From positions 192,001 to 256,000 of the forward strand of contig OZ242195.1 of assembly GCA_965205975.1 (NCBI GenBank): 64,000 nt of DNA, in the 5' to 3' direction. Both the position numbers and the translations under genes were made by a program. Each line of letters opens with the position of its first letter. Within the stretch, counting starts at the first letter, position 1. The DNA is from Candidatus Latescibacterota bacterium (GTDB taxonomy: Bacteria > Latescibacterota > UBA2968). The notes beneath the pieces were generated by a model. That model had not been told where the DNA came from. It saw nothing but the letters and a program-made list of their open reading frames with translations, and made no database searches. Of the stretch, positions 31,849 through 42,127 are shown piece after piece.

Positions 31849-33294
31849 ATGAAGCAGTCCAATCCGAACATCATTTTTATTCTGGCTGATGATATGGGCT
31901 ATGGGGATCTGGCGTGCCAGAATCCAGAGTCTAAAATTCCAACGCCCAATCTGGACCGGCTGGCGTCGCAGGGGATGCGTTTTACCGATGCCCACGCGCC
32001 GTCCAGCGTTTGTACGCCGTCGCGCTATGCGATTCTTACGGGGCGATATTCGTGGCGTACCCGGTTGCAAGGCGGCGTGTTGTGGCCCTGGGATCCGCCT
32101 TTGATTGATCCGGGGCGAACGACGGTGGCGACATTGCTGCGCGATCAGGGATATCGCACGGCCTGTATTGGGAAGTGGCATTTGGGATGGCACTGGGAGA
32201 CAAAGGATGGGCGTGCGGCTTATGAAGGCGCGGAATACGGGGTGTTGGGTAGAGATCATCGGTATGAATTGGGCAAGAATATCGATTTTAGTAAGCCGGT
32301 TACTGGCGGTCCTGTAGAATGTGGATTTGATTATTATTTTGGCGATGATGTGCCCAATTTTCCGCCCTATACCTGGTTTGAAAATGATCGTTTGGTGGAT
32401 GCGCCTGTTGAGGAGAAGCCCGAGGAGATGTTTGGATCGCCCGGGCCAATGGCGCCGGGATGGTCTCTCGAAGCGGTGATGCCCGAGTTGACCCAGCGCG
32501 CAGTTCAATATATTGAGGCGGCGGATGAGCAACCGTTTTTTTTGTATTTTCCGCTGACTGCGCCGCATACGCCGATTGTGCCAATAGATGAGTTTAAGGG
32601 TATGAGCGAGGCTGGTGAATACGGAGATTTTGTGTGCGAAGTGGATTGGACTGTGGGCGAGGTGATGGCGGCTCTTGATCGAAAAGGGATTGCCGAGAAT
32701 ACGCTGATTATTTTTACCAGTGATAATGGGCCGGAAAATTTTGCGTATAGACGAATCCAGGAATACGGGCATTACAGTATGGATGGCTTGCGGGGGTTGA
32801 AACGCGATGTGTGGGAAGGTGGGCACCGGGTTCCGTTTGTTGCCAGATGGCCCGGTCAGATTGAGGGGGGCAGGGTTTGCGATGAGGTGATTTGTATGTC
32901 CGATTTTATGGCTACGGCAGCGGCGATAACTGGCGTGTCTTTGTCGGAAGATATGGGTGAAGATAGTTATAATATACTACCCGCGCTTTTGGATGAGGCT
33001 TTTGATACGCCCATCCGAGAGGCGACTGTGCATCACAGCATTCGGGGAAAGTTCGCCATTCGGAAGGGCCGCTGGGTGTTGATTGATGCACCGAGTGGGG
33101 ATGATAATAAAGAGCCGGATTGGTTTGTGGAAGAACGCGGGTATGTACCCCACGATCATCCGGGAGAACTCTTTGATCTCGAACGCGATCGGATTGAGCG
33201 GTTTAACCGTTATGCAGAATATCCCGAGATTGTTGAAGAACTCAAGACTTTGCTCGAAAAGTATAAGCGAGAGGGCCGAAGTGTTTCGCGCTGA
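31849..33294 (+). CDS. Arylsulfatase
   Basis: LADDMGYGD, CTPSR, GKWHLG, SDNG. Confidence 0.92.
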   Translation: MKQSNPNIIFILADDMGYGDLACQNPESKIPTPNLDRLASQGMRFTDAHAPSSVCTPSRYAILTGRYSWRTRLQGGVLWPWDPPLIDPGRTTVATLLRDQGYRTACIGKWHLGWHWETKDGRAAYEGAEYGVLGRDHRYELGKNIDFSKPVTGGPVECGFDYYFGDDVPNFPPYTWFENDRLVDAPVEEKPEEMFGSPGPMAPGWSLEAVMPELTQRAVQYIEAADEQPFFLYFPLTAPHTPIVPIDEFKGMSEAGEYGDFVCEVDWTVGEVMAALDRKGIAENTLIIFTSDNGPENFAYRRIQEYGHYSMDGLRGLKRDVWEGGHRVPFVARWPGQIEGGRVCDEVICMSDFMATAAAITGVSLSEDMGEDSYNILPALLDEAFDTPIREATVHHSIRGKFAIRKGRWVLIDAPSGDDNKEPDWFVEERGYVPHDHPGELFDLERDRIERFNRYAEYPEIVEELKTLLEKYKREGRSVSR

Positions 33295-33300
33295 TCTGGG

Positions 33301-34251
33301 ATGAGGGATGATTTTATGGGACGTATTTTTTGCATCCTGATTGTATTTGTATGGGTTGGCACAGCCGGGGCAGAGGTGCAGGTCGAGTTCCGCTTTGAGG
33401 CTGTTTTTGGGGAAATAGGGGGTGGCGATGGGCAGTTTCTCGATCCGGAGGGATTGACCCTGGATACGTCGGGCAATGTGTTTGTGGTGGATACGGGAAA
33501 TGATCGCGTCCAAAAATTATCTCCAACGGGTACTTTTTTGAGGGCGGTGGGTGGACCGGGCTGGGAAGATGGGCAATTTAATAAACCGGGGGGTATTGCC
33601 GCGAGCAAGGGGCTGGAGATTTATGTGGCCGATGGTCGAAATCGCCGCATTCAGGTGTTTAATCTCAATTTGCGTCTTCTGGCGGTGATTGGTGGTGCGG
33701 ATGCTGGTGGTTCTATGGATCTGGGTACGCTCAGTGGTATTGCCGTGTCGGATGCAGATGAGATTTTGGTGAGCGATATCGATGCCGATCAACTGGTGCA
33801 GATCGATACGTATAGCCGCGTTGATCGCAGTTTTGGCGGTTTTGGATATGGGGCTGGCAATTTGCGGCGTCCTTTGGGGATTGCAATAGAAGGGCGCGAG
33901 AAGGTTTATGTTTGCGATAGCGAGAATGATCGGATCGCGGTGTTCGACAGGTTTGGCAATTTTCAAAAGACAATGGGCGAAGATATTTTGTTGCAGCCTT
34001 CGGCACTTTGCGTGGGGCCTGAGCGGACGTTGATTGTGGCGGATACAGGCCACCATCGCATTGTGGTTTTTGATCTCGATTCTGGCGGTGTTGTTGGCTC
34101 TTTGGGCGGTCCCGATCCGGGAAGGGGTGCGATGGCGTTCCAATTTCCCCGGGGTGTCGCACTTGGACGCGCTGGCAGGTTGTTCGTTCTGGATTCGGGC
34201 AATGGGCGCATTCAGAAGTTGCAATTGCAAGTTTCAAGGATCCGCAGATGA
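33301..34251 (+). CDS. Secreted NHL-repeat beta-propeller protein
   Basis: Signal peptide; repeated F..P.G.....G..VVD.GN.R.Q. Confidence 0.85.
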   Translation: MRDDFMGRIFCILIVFVWVGTAGAEVQVEFRFEAVFGEIGGGDGQFLDPEGLTLDTSGNVFVVDTGNDRVQKLSPTGTFLRAVGGPGWEDGQFNKPGGIAASKGLEIYVADGRNRRIQVFNLNLRLLAVIGGADAGGSMDLGTLSGIAVSDADEILVSDIDADQLVQIDTYSRVDRSFGGFGYGAGNLRRPLGIAIEGREKVYVCDSENDRIAVFDRFGNFQKTMGEDILLQPSALCVGPERTLIVADTGHHRIVVFDLDSGGVVGSLGGPDPGRGAMAFQFPRGVALGRAGRLFVLDSGNGRIQKLQLQVSRIRR

Positions 34252-34366
34252 ACGCAGATGAACGCAGATGAAAAGAGGGGCTGTGAATCAGGAAGGATGA
34301 AGTGAGACGTAGGGGCGAAAAATTTTTCGCCCGGCCATAATGTAGGGGCAACCCTCGTGGTTGCCC
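34241..34366. repeat. 10-bp AACGCAGATG tandem plus two GTAG REP-like palindromes
   Basis: Three CGCAGATG units; GTAGGGGCG..CGCCC and GTAGGGGCAACC..GGTTGCCC. Confidence 0.75.
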
Positions 34367-34456
34367 GTATTCATGGGCAGACCGCATTAACACAACAGGC
34401 CGGGATGTTCCGCGGGGGCGGGATGTCCTATTTTTTTTAGAAGCGAGACATGAGAG

Positions 34457-37400
34457 ATGAGTTTTAGCACCCTTCGTATTGCTCAGGGTATTGTATTTTT
34501 TTTCGTCTGTGTTGTGTCGGCACAGGCACAGGTTCCCGTGCCAGAGCAGTTTACGCTATTTGATGGGGAACGGATGTTTCAAGCGGATGGAAGCCGCGGG
34601 CCTTTTTCGATTTCCAATCGCGCCATTGATGAGGGGAGTGAACGGGTTTGGGTGGATGGGGTGTTGCTCATTCGGGACCGGGATTATGTGGTGGATGTCG
34701 ATCGCGCGTTGCTGACGCTTTTGCAGGATGTTGCGCGGGGGGTGGAGATTGTGGTGCGTTTTAGACAGCGTCCTCTGGTAACCGCACCTGTGGTTCAGCG
34801 TCGTCAGTTCCAACCGGGGGAAGGCGGTGGAGATCAACCGATTGTGCGTGTGTTTGCTCCACCTGTTGTGCGAGATAGGGATGAAGAGCAGAAGTTGACG
34901 ATTGGTGGTCATAAGAGTATTTCCGTAACTGCGGGATCTCAACACGCGGTTCATCAGGCTTTGCAGTTGCGTATTTCGGGCGAGGTTGCCGAGGGGGTCA
35001 ATTTGTTGGCTGTGCTGTCTGATCGCAATTTGCCAATAGGCGAGCAGGGCGGGTCGAAGCGGTTGCAGGAATTGGATCGCGTGTTTTTTCAGGTTAATGC
35101 CAATCAGGTATCGGCTACGCTCGGCGATCTCGATGTGGCGTTTGATGGGACTGTGTTTGGGCGCTATCGGAGGCAGTTGCAGGGCGCGCGCGTGTTGGCC
35201 CATCAGCAGAATGGGCAAGTTGCGGCTTTTGGGGCAGTGTCGCGGGGGCGTTGGGAAACGCGGCGGCTGGTGACGGTTGAGGGGTTTCAGGGACCTTATT
35301 CATTGTCGGGTGGTGGCTTGAGAGGGCAGATAGTGCCAGAGTCTGAGCGCGTGTATCTCAACGGGCGGTTGCTCAGACGCGGGGATGGGGCAGATTATAC
35401 GATTGATTACGAGCGCGGGCATGTGGCGTTTACGCCTGAGATACCGATTGGAATGGAGAGCCGCGTTACAGTGGAGTATCAGGTGATTGATGCCGGTATG
35501 AGAAGCCGGCTGATGGGTATGGAGTCCCGCGTGTCACTCGGTGAGGGGATGTCTGTGGGGACAACGCTGATTCGAGAGTCTGATCGTTCTGCATTGTCGC
35601 ATGGGATAGCTTCAGTGCATCGACAGTTGGGGGTGGTGTACGCGACGTACACGCCATGGTCAAATGCGCGTATTTCTGGGGAGTTCGCCTTGAGTGATCG
35701 GGATTTGGGAAGTGGACGCGGGTTTCGCATGGATGGCGCGTGGAATGCGCGCAATTTTGAAGTCACGGGCCGGTTTCGTCAGGTTGGGGCCAATTTTGAA
35801 GCATTTGAGAGATTGGATAGAGGGCGGGCTGCCGGGCGATGGGGATGGCAAGCCGATACTGCGCGAACCGCCCAACGCGAGGGCGAGATGGCTGTGCGTT
35901 GGGATTTGGGCAAGGCGTTTTTTGTTACTGGGGAATACGGACAGCATTTGGGTGCTGTGCTAACGGATCGGAAAAGTGTGGGGATTCACGCGCCTGTAGG
36001 GATGTACCGCTACGAGTCGCTCGGGCGCGGTAGCGGCGAGATGCGCCGGCACGAGGGGCAAGTTGAAGTGTCGATGGGAGGTGTTGTGCCGGGGTTTCGT
36101 TTTTCGCTGGAAAATGGGATGGGTGATGGGGTGGGTAGCAGTTCGCTTTTTTATGCCACACGTCCGCGTGTTTTGCCCCAGGGTGTTGACAAACAGGAGT
36201 TGGTGTGGCACATAGGTGTTGGCGAAGGGCGAAATTGGTCGTGGGTATCGGAGTTGAAATATCGGAAGTTCAGGCAGCGAGAAGCGGTGTGGCAGGATAG
36301 TTTGCGCGGGTGGTTGCACACCCACAGGGCGCAGATGACAAATTGGAAGGGTTGGATTTTTGCGGGTTCTTATACGCACGGAGAAATTCATATCGGGCGT
36401 GAACGTCAGCAGACGACGACGCATCTGGGGCGCGTGCGGTTGGGACATAATCGTCCTGGCTCATCACATCAGATAACGTATCGCGTTTCGAGTACGCGGG
36501 TCAGCCAGCCCATTTTTATCGAGGTGGCATCCGGGCTGGGGGAATATATCTGGGAGGATGCCAATGGCGATGGTTTGCGCGATGCGGAAGAGTTTGTACC
36601 CGATGTCGATGGCAATTATGTGCGGGTTTATGATTACGGGCAGTTTGCACCTGCTCGCGATGGCGCGCTGGGCATGCGCGTGGAGATTGATTTTCGGCGT
36701 TTGATTGGCGATGAGCACTTTTTGTCCGCTGTTGCGCTGGATGCATCGTTTCGTGCGGAGCGGCAGATTGCGACTGGGGCGAAGCAGGCAGCTCCCTGGG
36801 ATTTGTTGGGTTTTGATGCGGATGCCGGGATTTTGGGTGCTCGCAGAGATGGGCTGATGCGTCTTTATTTGTTTCGGTATCACAGGCGAGGATCATTGCG
36901 TTTGACTGCGCGCGTGCGCGATCTGGTTAATCGGGCGTTTTACGGGGGGGCTGCCGAATTTTTTGTGCAGGGTGGCGTGTTGGGGAAATTGAGGCCTGTC
37001 AATCGTCTTGAACTGGAGACGGAATTTGATCTGGGGCATAGGGTGCGCGAGGGTGCAGGTGCTTTTGCCTATCGCATTGATGGGGCGAGTGGTGCGCTGC
37101 GTTGTGCGTTCAGGTCTGCACATAAATGGTATTTGCGGTTGGGCATTTTGGGGGGGCGAGATTGGGAAGGTATCCGGACGTTGCGCGTGTGGCATATCGG
37201 TGTTCAGCCAGAGGTGATTTACGCTTTGCCCGGTCGCGGGCGATTGCGCGGGCGGGTGGATTGGACGCGGGTTTGGGCGACGGATACAGTGCCCTTATTT
37301 TTAGGGTTGGCAAGGGGTAATCGTCAGGGGCAGAACTGGGGGTGGCGATTGGGGATGGATTACCGTTTTGGCAAATATGTATCGGCGCGGGTGATGTACG

Positions 37401-37468
37401 ATGGTCGTGTAAGGCCTGCTCGTCAGACGATACATCTCGGGCGCGTGGAGATGCGGGCGGTGTTTTGA
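34457..37468 (+). CDS. Large hypothetical outer-membrane protein
   Basis: Signal peptide; SERV..NG..L.RG...DY.IDY motif; amphipathic strands; C-terminal F. Confidence 0.65.
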   Translation: MSFSTLRIAQGIVFFFVCVVSAQAQVPVPEQFTLFDGERMFQADGSRGPFSISNRAIDEGSERVWVDGVLLIRDRDYVVDVDRALLTLLQDVARGVEIVVRFRQRPLVTAPVVQRRQFQPGEGGGDQPIVRVFAPPVVRDRDEEQKLTIGGHKSISVTAGSQHAVHQALQLRISGEVAEGVNLLAVLSDRNLPIGEQGGSKRLQELDRVFFQVNANQVSATLGDLDVAFDGTVFGRYRRQLQGARVLAHQQNGQVAAFGAVSRGRWETRRLVTVEGFQGPYSLSGGGLRGQIVPESERVYLNGRLLRRGDGADYTIDYERGHVAFTPEIPIGMESRVTVEYQVIDAGMRSRLMGMESRVSLGEGMSVGTTLIRESDRSALSHGIASVHRQLGVVYATYTPWSNARISGEFALSDRDLGSGRGFRMDGAWNARNFEVTGRFRQVGANFEAFERLDRGRAAGRWGWQADTARTAQREGEMAVRWDLGKAFFVTGEYGQHLGAVLTDRKSVGIHAPVGMYRYESLGRGSGEMRRHEGQVEVSMGGVVPGFRFSLENGMGDGVGSSSLFYATRPRVLPQGVDKQELVWHIGVGEGRNWSWVSELKYRKFRQREAVWQDSLRGWLHTHRAQMTNWKGWIFAGSYTHGEIHIGRERQQTTTHLGRVRLGHNRPGSSHQITYRVSSTRVSQPIFIEVASGLGEYIWEDANGDGLRDAEEFVPDVDGNYVRVYDYGQFAPARDGALGMRVEIDFRRLIGDEHFLSAVALDASFRAERQIATGAKQAAPWDLLGFDADAGILGARRDGLMRLYLFRYHRRGSLRLTARVRDLVNRAFYGGAAEFFVQGGVLGKLRPVNRLELETEFDLGHRVREGAGAFAYRIDGASGALRCAFRSAHKWYLRLGILGGRDWEGIRTLRVWHIGVQPEVIYALPGRGRLRGRVDWTRVWATDTVPLFLGLARGNRQGQNWGWRLGMDYRFGKYVSARVMYDGRVRPARQTIHLGRVEMRAVF

Positions 37469-37565
37469 TCCGCAGATGGACGCAGATGGACGCAGATGAA
37501 AAATCAAATGTAGGGGCGGTGCCCCTGTGCCCGCCCGTCGTGCAAAGGTGCAGATGAATACGGAT
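37469..37565. repeat. CGCAGATG tandem plus GTAG REP-like palindrome
   Basis: Same family as 34241-34366. Confidence 0.7.
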
Positions 37566-37577
37566 CAATACATAAAA

Positions 37578-39215
37578 ATGTGGCGATATTTGCTTTTTGC
37601 GGTGTGGATGGTCTGTGTCGCGTCCAGCGCGGGGGGAGAGGTGCGTGCGATTGTGAAGCGCGTGCAGGTTGAAGGTGCACGGTCTGTAAGTGTGCGCGAT
37701 GTGCGGGAGTGGCTGATTACGCGGGCGGGGATTGCAGTGGATTCGGCGTTGTTGCGAAAGGATGTTCACCGCATTTTGAAGGGGTATCAGGCGCGTGGAT
37801 TCTGGCATGTGGCGGTGGCTTTTCCCAGGATTGTTATGCGCGGTGGCGACGCGGTGGTGACTTTTGCGATTGTTGAGGGGGTGCGAACGCGGGTTGCGTC
37901 TGTGGAGGTGCGCGGTGATTTGATTTTTGAGCCATCGGAGGCTTTTGGCCTCACGCGGGGTATGGTGTTGCTCGAAAGTGATTTGGAACAGCGGTTGGAT
38001 CGTTTGTTGCGTTTTTATGAAGATCGGGGCTATCCATTTTGCGCGTTGCGTCCAGATGTGCAATTTGATAGGAATAGTGCGCGCGTGCAGGTGGTGGTGT
38101 CGCCCGGTCCTCTGGTGCATGTCGATGCGGTGCGTTTTGAGGGCAATGAAACGACGCGGGAAGATGTTTTGTTGCGGCATATTTCGTTTGTTGCGGGGGA
38201 GGTCTATGACCAGCGTCGCGTGGATGCTTTTGTGCGGCAGTTGCAAAATTTGCCGTTTATCGACCGGGTTTATACGCCTGAACTCGTATCTACCGGTGAT
38301 GAGATGGCTCTTGTGATTGATTTGGAGGAGTCGCGTCACACGCGCATTGAAGGGGTGCTCGGTGTGGGATCTGGACAGGGTTTGACCGGAGAGATCGCGC
38401 TCGATATTTTGAATTTTTCCGGCGGGGGTCGAGAGGGGTACGCGTTGTGGTCTCGGCAGGGGGTGGGGGTGTCGAATTTGCGCGTTTCGTATCGCGAACC
38501 CTATGTGTTAAATAGTCCGCTTTCCGGTTGGGGTGCGGTAGAAATGGTTGCGCGCACGGGGTATGTGACGCATAAGTTTGGGGGAGGCGCAGATGTGTCT
38601 GTGGGAGAGGGCGCGCGCTTTTTTGGCGGTGTTGCACACAGGCGCGTTTTGCCCGATTCTACGGGGTTGGGATTTTTCGAGGCTGAGAGGATGTGGTCTC
38701 TCGCGTCGGGTGTTCGGTTTGATCGGCGAGGGCGTGATATGAGCGGCTGGCAGGCGGAGGTCAGGGGAGAGATCGGTGAGGTTTCAGATGGGATCAGGCG
38801 CGTGCAGTGGGAGGTTGATGGACAGGTGTTTTTGCCTGTGGGCAGGCAGTCTATTATTGCGGGACGGGCGCGCGTTTTATGGGTGGGGCAGAAAGGGGAT
38901 GTGCCGCAGTCTGCCGGTATCTGGCTGGGGGGCGCACAATCGCTGCGGGGCTATCGGGAAGAGATGTTCTGGGGGACAAATGCGGGGTGGATCAATGTGG
39001 AGTGGCGGTGGTTGCTGGGACTAAAAACGCGGCTTTTTGCCTTTGTCGATGCGGGAAGGATTGAAGGGGCAGGGTCGCGTTCGTGGCCCGTGTCCTATGG
39101 CATTGGGCTTCTGGCAAATGGACGGATGGGCGCGGTTGGGATAGATTATGGTTTGCCACGGGGCGAGAGCCTGGGGCAGGGGATGGTGCATGTGCGGATG
39201 GTCAGTGCGTTTTAA
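37578..39215 (+). CDS. BamA/TamA-family outer-membrane protein with POTRA domains
   Basis: POTRA motifs (V.FEGN..TRE), LGG..SLRGY, C-terminal F. Confidence 0.82.
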   Translation: MWRYLLFAVWMVCVASSAGGEVRAIVKRVQVEGARSVSVRDVREWLITRAGIAVDSALLRKDVHRILKGYQARGFWHVAVAFPRIVMRGGDAVVTFAIVEGVRTRVASVEVRGDLIFEPSEAFGLTRGMVLLESDLEQRLDRLLRFYEDRGYPFCALRPDVQFDRNSARVQVVVSPGPLVHVDAVRFEGNETTREDVLLRHISFVAGEVYDQRRVDAFVRQLQNLPFIDRVYTPELVSTGDEMALVIDLEESRHTRIEGVLGVGSGQGLTGEIALDILNFSGGGREGYALWSRQGVGVSNLRVSYREPYVLNSPLSGWGAVEMVARTGYVTHKFGGGADVSVGEGARFFGGVAHRRVLPDSTGLGFFEAERMWSLASGVRFDRRGRDMSGWQAEVRGEIGEVSDGIRRVQWEVDGQVFLPVGRQSIIAGRARVLWVGQKGDVPQSAGIWLGGAQSLRGYREEMFWGTNAGWINVEWRWLLGLKTRLFAFVDAGRIEGAGSRSWPVSYGIGLLANGRMGAVGIDYGLPRGESLGQGMVHVRMVSAF

Positions 39216-39294
39216 TTTGTGTGACATTTGCGCGTAGAGTATATTCTGAGGCGCACGAAATTCGTATGCAATTATCATTCACGAGGAGAGTTTT

Positions 39295-41226
39295 ATGTTG
39301 AGCAGGATTCGCAGTGTTATGGTGGTCGCACTTGTCGCTGGTCTCATGTGGGGCTGTGGCGGCGAGCGCGGGATGGAGCCTTCCGGGGTAGATGAGCAGA
39401 TTGGGCGTCCGCTGAGCAAATTAGCTGTAGCGGATGGGAGTGTGTCTCAAGCGACGGTGGTGGCGACGGTGTCGCAAGATGACGCGCCTGTGGCAGGTGC
39501 GCTGGTCGAGTTTGCGCGTTCTATTGCCGGGCAGGCACCGGATTATCAGTGGTCGGGTATGACCGATGATATGGGGCGCGTTACGGTGGAGATATCCGGC
39601 CAGACGAGTGGATATTATCAGGCGCGCGCTTCTCGATATGGCTCTGTGATAGGGCGCTGGTCGAGTATCCCGATTAACGGGGGCTATACGTCGATGGTTG
39701 CGTTACCCATTGGTGGGAAGGCACAGGTGACGGGTACGTCTCGACCTATATCAGTTGGCCTGGTCGTGTCCAAAACGGGGCGATTATCCGAGATTGGACA
39801 GGGGTTTATCAATGGCTTTGAAATGGCTCTTGAAGAGGTGAATGCCTCACTGAGCGATGCGAGTTTGAGGTTTATTGTCGAGGATGATCAGAGCACCATA
39901 GAAGGCGCTACTGCGGCGTATAATAAACTCATTCATGAAGATGGTGTGCCAGCCATTCTCGGTGTTTATACTTCTACTATGGTGCGTGCGGTATTTCCCA
40001 TTGCACAGGAAAATGAGGTTGTGGCGATTAGCCCCACTTCGGCTGCACGCGGTCTCAGCGCGATTGGCGATTTTGTCTTTCGCGTCGCCCTTACCGTTGA
40101 TGAGTTAATTCCGGGTAGTGTAAAATTGACTCGGGAAAAATTGGGCTATGAGCGCGTGGCCACAATGTATCAAAGCATGGATGTTTTTTCGCAGAGTAGC
40201 GATGAGGTGTTGAAAAGTGCCTTTAGTGAGAACGGGGTCGAGGTTCTGGCTACTGAGACTTTTGAAACCGGCGCTATGGATCTTTCCGAGCAATTTTCCA
40301 GGATTGTGGCACTGAATCCAGATGCGATTTTTGTTTCGGCTATATCAGTAGGGCGGACACAGGCTCTGATCGATGGGGGACAACACGGTATTCCTATCCT
40401 GATGCCCCTGCTCACTATGGATGAGGTAGAACGCGCCGGGGAGGCAGCCGAGGGGGCAATTAGTTTTACGTATTGGAGCAGTACGGGTAATGTACCGGCC
40501 AATCGCGTCTTTGTTGAGAATTATATGGCGAAATACGGTGTCGAGCCGGGCCGATTCGCCGCTGTATCCTACGCGACGGTTCATATTCTGGCAAAGGCTA
40601 TTGCTGATGCCCCGTCCTCCGATCCGCGCGCGATTCGGGACGCGTTGGCTCAGATCGAGAATTTGGACACGATTTTGGGTGCGTTTTCGTTTGACGCCAA
40701 TGGCGATGCGGTTTACGATCCGGCTGTTCTGATTGTTAAGGATGGGAAATTTGAAGTGTTTGATACACAAACTGCCATGATTGCGACTGCGACAATCGGC
40801 GAGACGAACGAAAGCGGTGTGGCTGGAAAAGCGGTTTTCACGCAAGTCGGCGATAATATCAGGCTCGTCGTCTCGCTCGCTAATGCGTCCGCAGGCGAAC
40901 ACGCTGTCCATATCCACGCAACCGGCGATTGCAGTGCGCCAGACGGGACATCGGCTGGCGGGCATTGGAATCCCACTGGCGTTGCACACGGAAAATGGGG
41001 AGAAGGTGAGTTTCACCTCGGCGACATTGGCAATCTGATGGTTGATGATCAAGGCATGGGGAAAATTGCACTGACGACAAATCTTTGGGAGATGAACACT
41101 GGCTCAGACATAGATATTGTTGGAAAAGCGATCATCGTCCATGCGGGTGCTGATGATTTTGTCTCACAACCTTCGGGCAATGCTGGCGCACGCATCGGTT
41201 GCGGTGTGATTGAGTTAGGGCAGTAA
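39295..41226 (+). CDS. Lipoprotein: N-terminal beta domain + branched-chain amino-acid ABC substrate-binding domain + Cu/Zn superoxide dismutase
   Basis: Lipobox LMWGC; LivJ-like EDDQS/G..TS/FRV; SOD HAVHIH, GGHWNP, HLGD, IIVH, RIGCG. Confidence 0.85.
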   Translation: MLSRIRSVMVVALVAGLMWGCGGERGMEPSGVDEQIGRPLSKLAVADGSVSQATVVATVSQDDAPVAGALVEFARSIAGQAPDYQWSGMTDDMGRVTVEISGQTSGYYQARASRYGSVIGRWSSIPINGGYTSMVALPIGGKAQVTGTSRPISVGLVVSKTGRLSEIGQGFINGFEMALEEVNASLSDASLRFIVEDDQSTIEGATAAYNKLIHEDGVPAILGVYTSTMVRAVFPIAQENEVVAISPTSAARGLSAIGDFVFRVALTVDELIPGSVKLTREKLGYERVATMYQSMDVFSQSSDEVLKSAFSENGVEVLATETFETGAMDLSEQFSRIVALNPDAIFVSAISVGRTQALIDGGQHGIPILMPLLTMDEVERAGEAAEGAISFTYWSSTGNVPANRVFVENYMAKYGVEPGRFAAVSYATVHILAKAIADAPSSDPRAIRDALAQIENLDTILGAFSFDANGDAVYDPAVLIVKDGKFEVFDTQTAMIATATIGETNESGVAGKAVFTQVGDNIRLVVSLANASAGEHAVHIHATGDCSAPDGTSAGGHWNPTGVAHGKWGEGEFHLGDIGNLMVDDQGMGKIALTTNLWEMNTGSDIDIVGKAIIVHAGADDFVSQPSGNAGARIGCGVIELGQ

Positions 41227-41258
41227 TAGGAGACAGAAAGTTTTGTTAAACGGTGTGA

Positions 41259-41290
41259 AAGGGCGCGTTCAAAACGCGCCCTTATTTTTA
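41259..41290. terminator. Hairpin between convergent genes
   Basis: AAGGGCGCGTT..AACGCGCCCTT followed by a T tract. Confidence 0.7.
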
Positions 41291-41299
41291 TCCGTGGAT

Positions 41300-42118
41300 T
41301 TAAAAAAAGGGGAAAAGTTTTGGGATGTTGTCATTTGTGAGCGCGCTGCCGTATTCACAGCCTTCATAAGCTTCGGCATATCGGACTTTTGAACCGCGTT
41401 CTTGTCCGTAGTATTTGATCAGTAGGTCGCGATACCGATCCGCTACGGTGCGAAATTGAGTAAGGCGATGCCGCAACCATTTGCGGCGGTTTTGTGGCGA
41501 TTCGGGTACCTGGTTGAGGTGGCCCGCGTTAAAGGGTAGCCATTCGTACATTTGCGATGTGTGGCAGTGTAGCATGTCGAGTTTTTTGTCGATGACATCG
41601 TCTATGGCTATGACGACATGGGGAGAGAAAGGTTGAGGCTTTTGGAAGTTGTCGCTCAGGTACGCAATGACGGGGTTGTACGACAGGGCGGGTGTGTCTG
41701 TGCAGATGTTGGGCACGGTGACCATGTATGCCGAGTCTTGCACGAGGATGGATGTGTAGCGGTGGTCGGGGTGGTAATCGTTGGGGCGATGGGTCAGGAT
41801 GAGGTCCGGCGTATAGTTGCGAATCTGGCGGATGATTTTTTTGCGATTTTCAAGGGTGGGTTCAAGTTCGCCGTCGTGGTTGTCGAGTACGTGGTATTCG
41901 ATGCCCGCGACTGCACCTGCTGCCTGAGCTTCGGCGCGGCGGCGACGGGCGAGTTCAACGCCGCCAATTTCGTGATGGCCCGCGTCGCCATTGGTGACAG
42001 AGACAAATTTTACCTCGTGCCCGAGGTTTGCGTATTTGATGGCGATGCCGCCCGCTTTGATATCACAATCGTCGGGATGGGCGCCAAAGACGATGATTTT
42101 CAGGGAATGGTCGTTCAT
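41300..42118 (-). CDS. PIG-L family deacetylase
   Basis: AHPDD, R..EA, DYHPDH. Confidence 0.9.
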   Translation of the reverse strand: MNDHSLKIIVFGAHPDDCDIKAGGIAIKYANLGHEVKFVSVTNGDAGHHEIGGVELARRRRAEAQAAGAVAGIEYHVLDNHDGELEPTLENRKKIIRQIRNYTPDLILTHRPNDYHPDHRYTSILVQDSAYMVTVPNICTDTPALSYNPVIAYLSDNFQKPQPFSPHVVIAIDDVIDKKLDMLHCHTSQMYEWLPFNAGHLNQVPESPQNRRKWLRHRLTQFRTVADRYRDLLIKYYGQERGSKVRYAEAYEGCEYGSALTNDNIPKLFPFF

Positions 42119-42127
42119 AGTGGCTCC

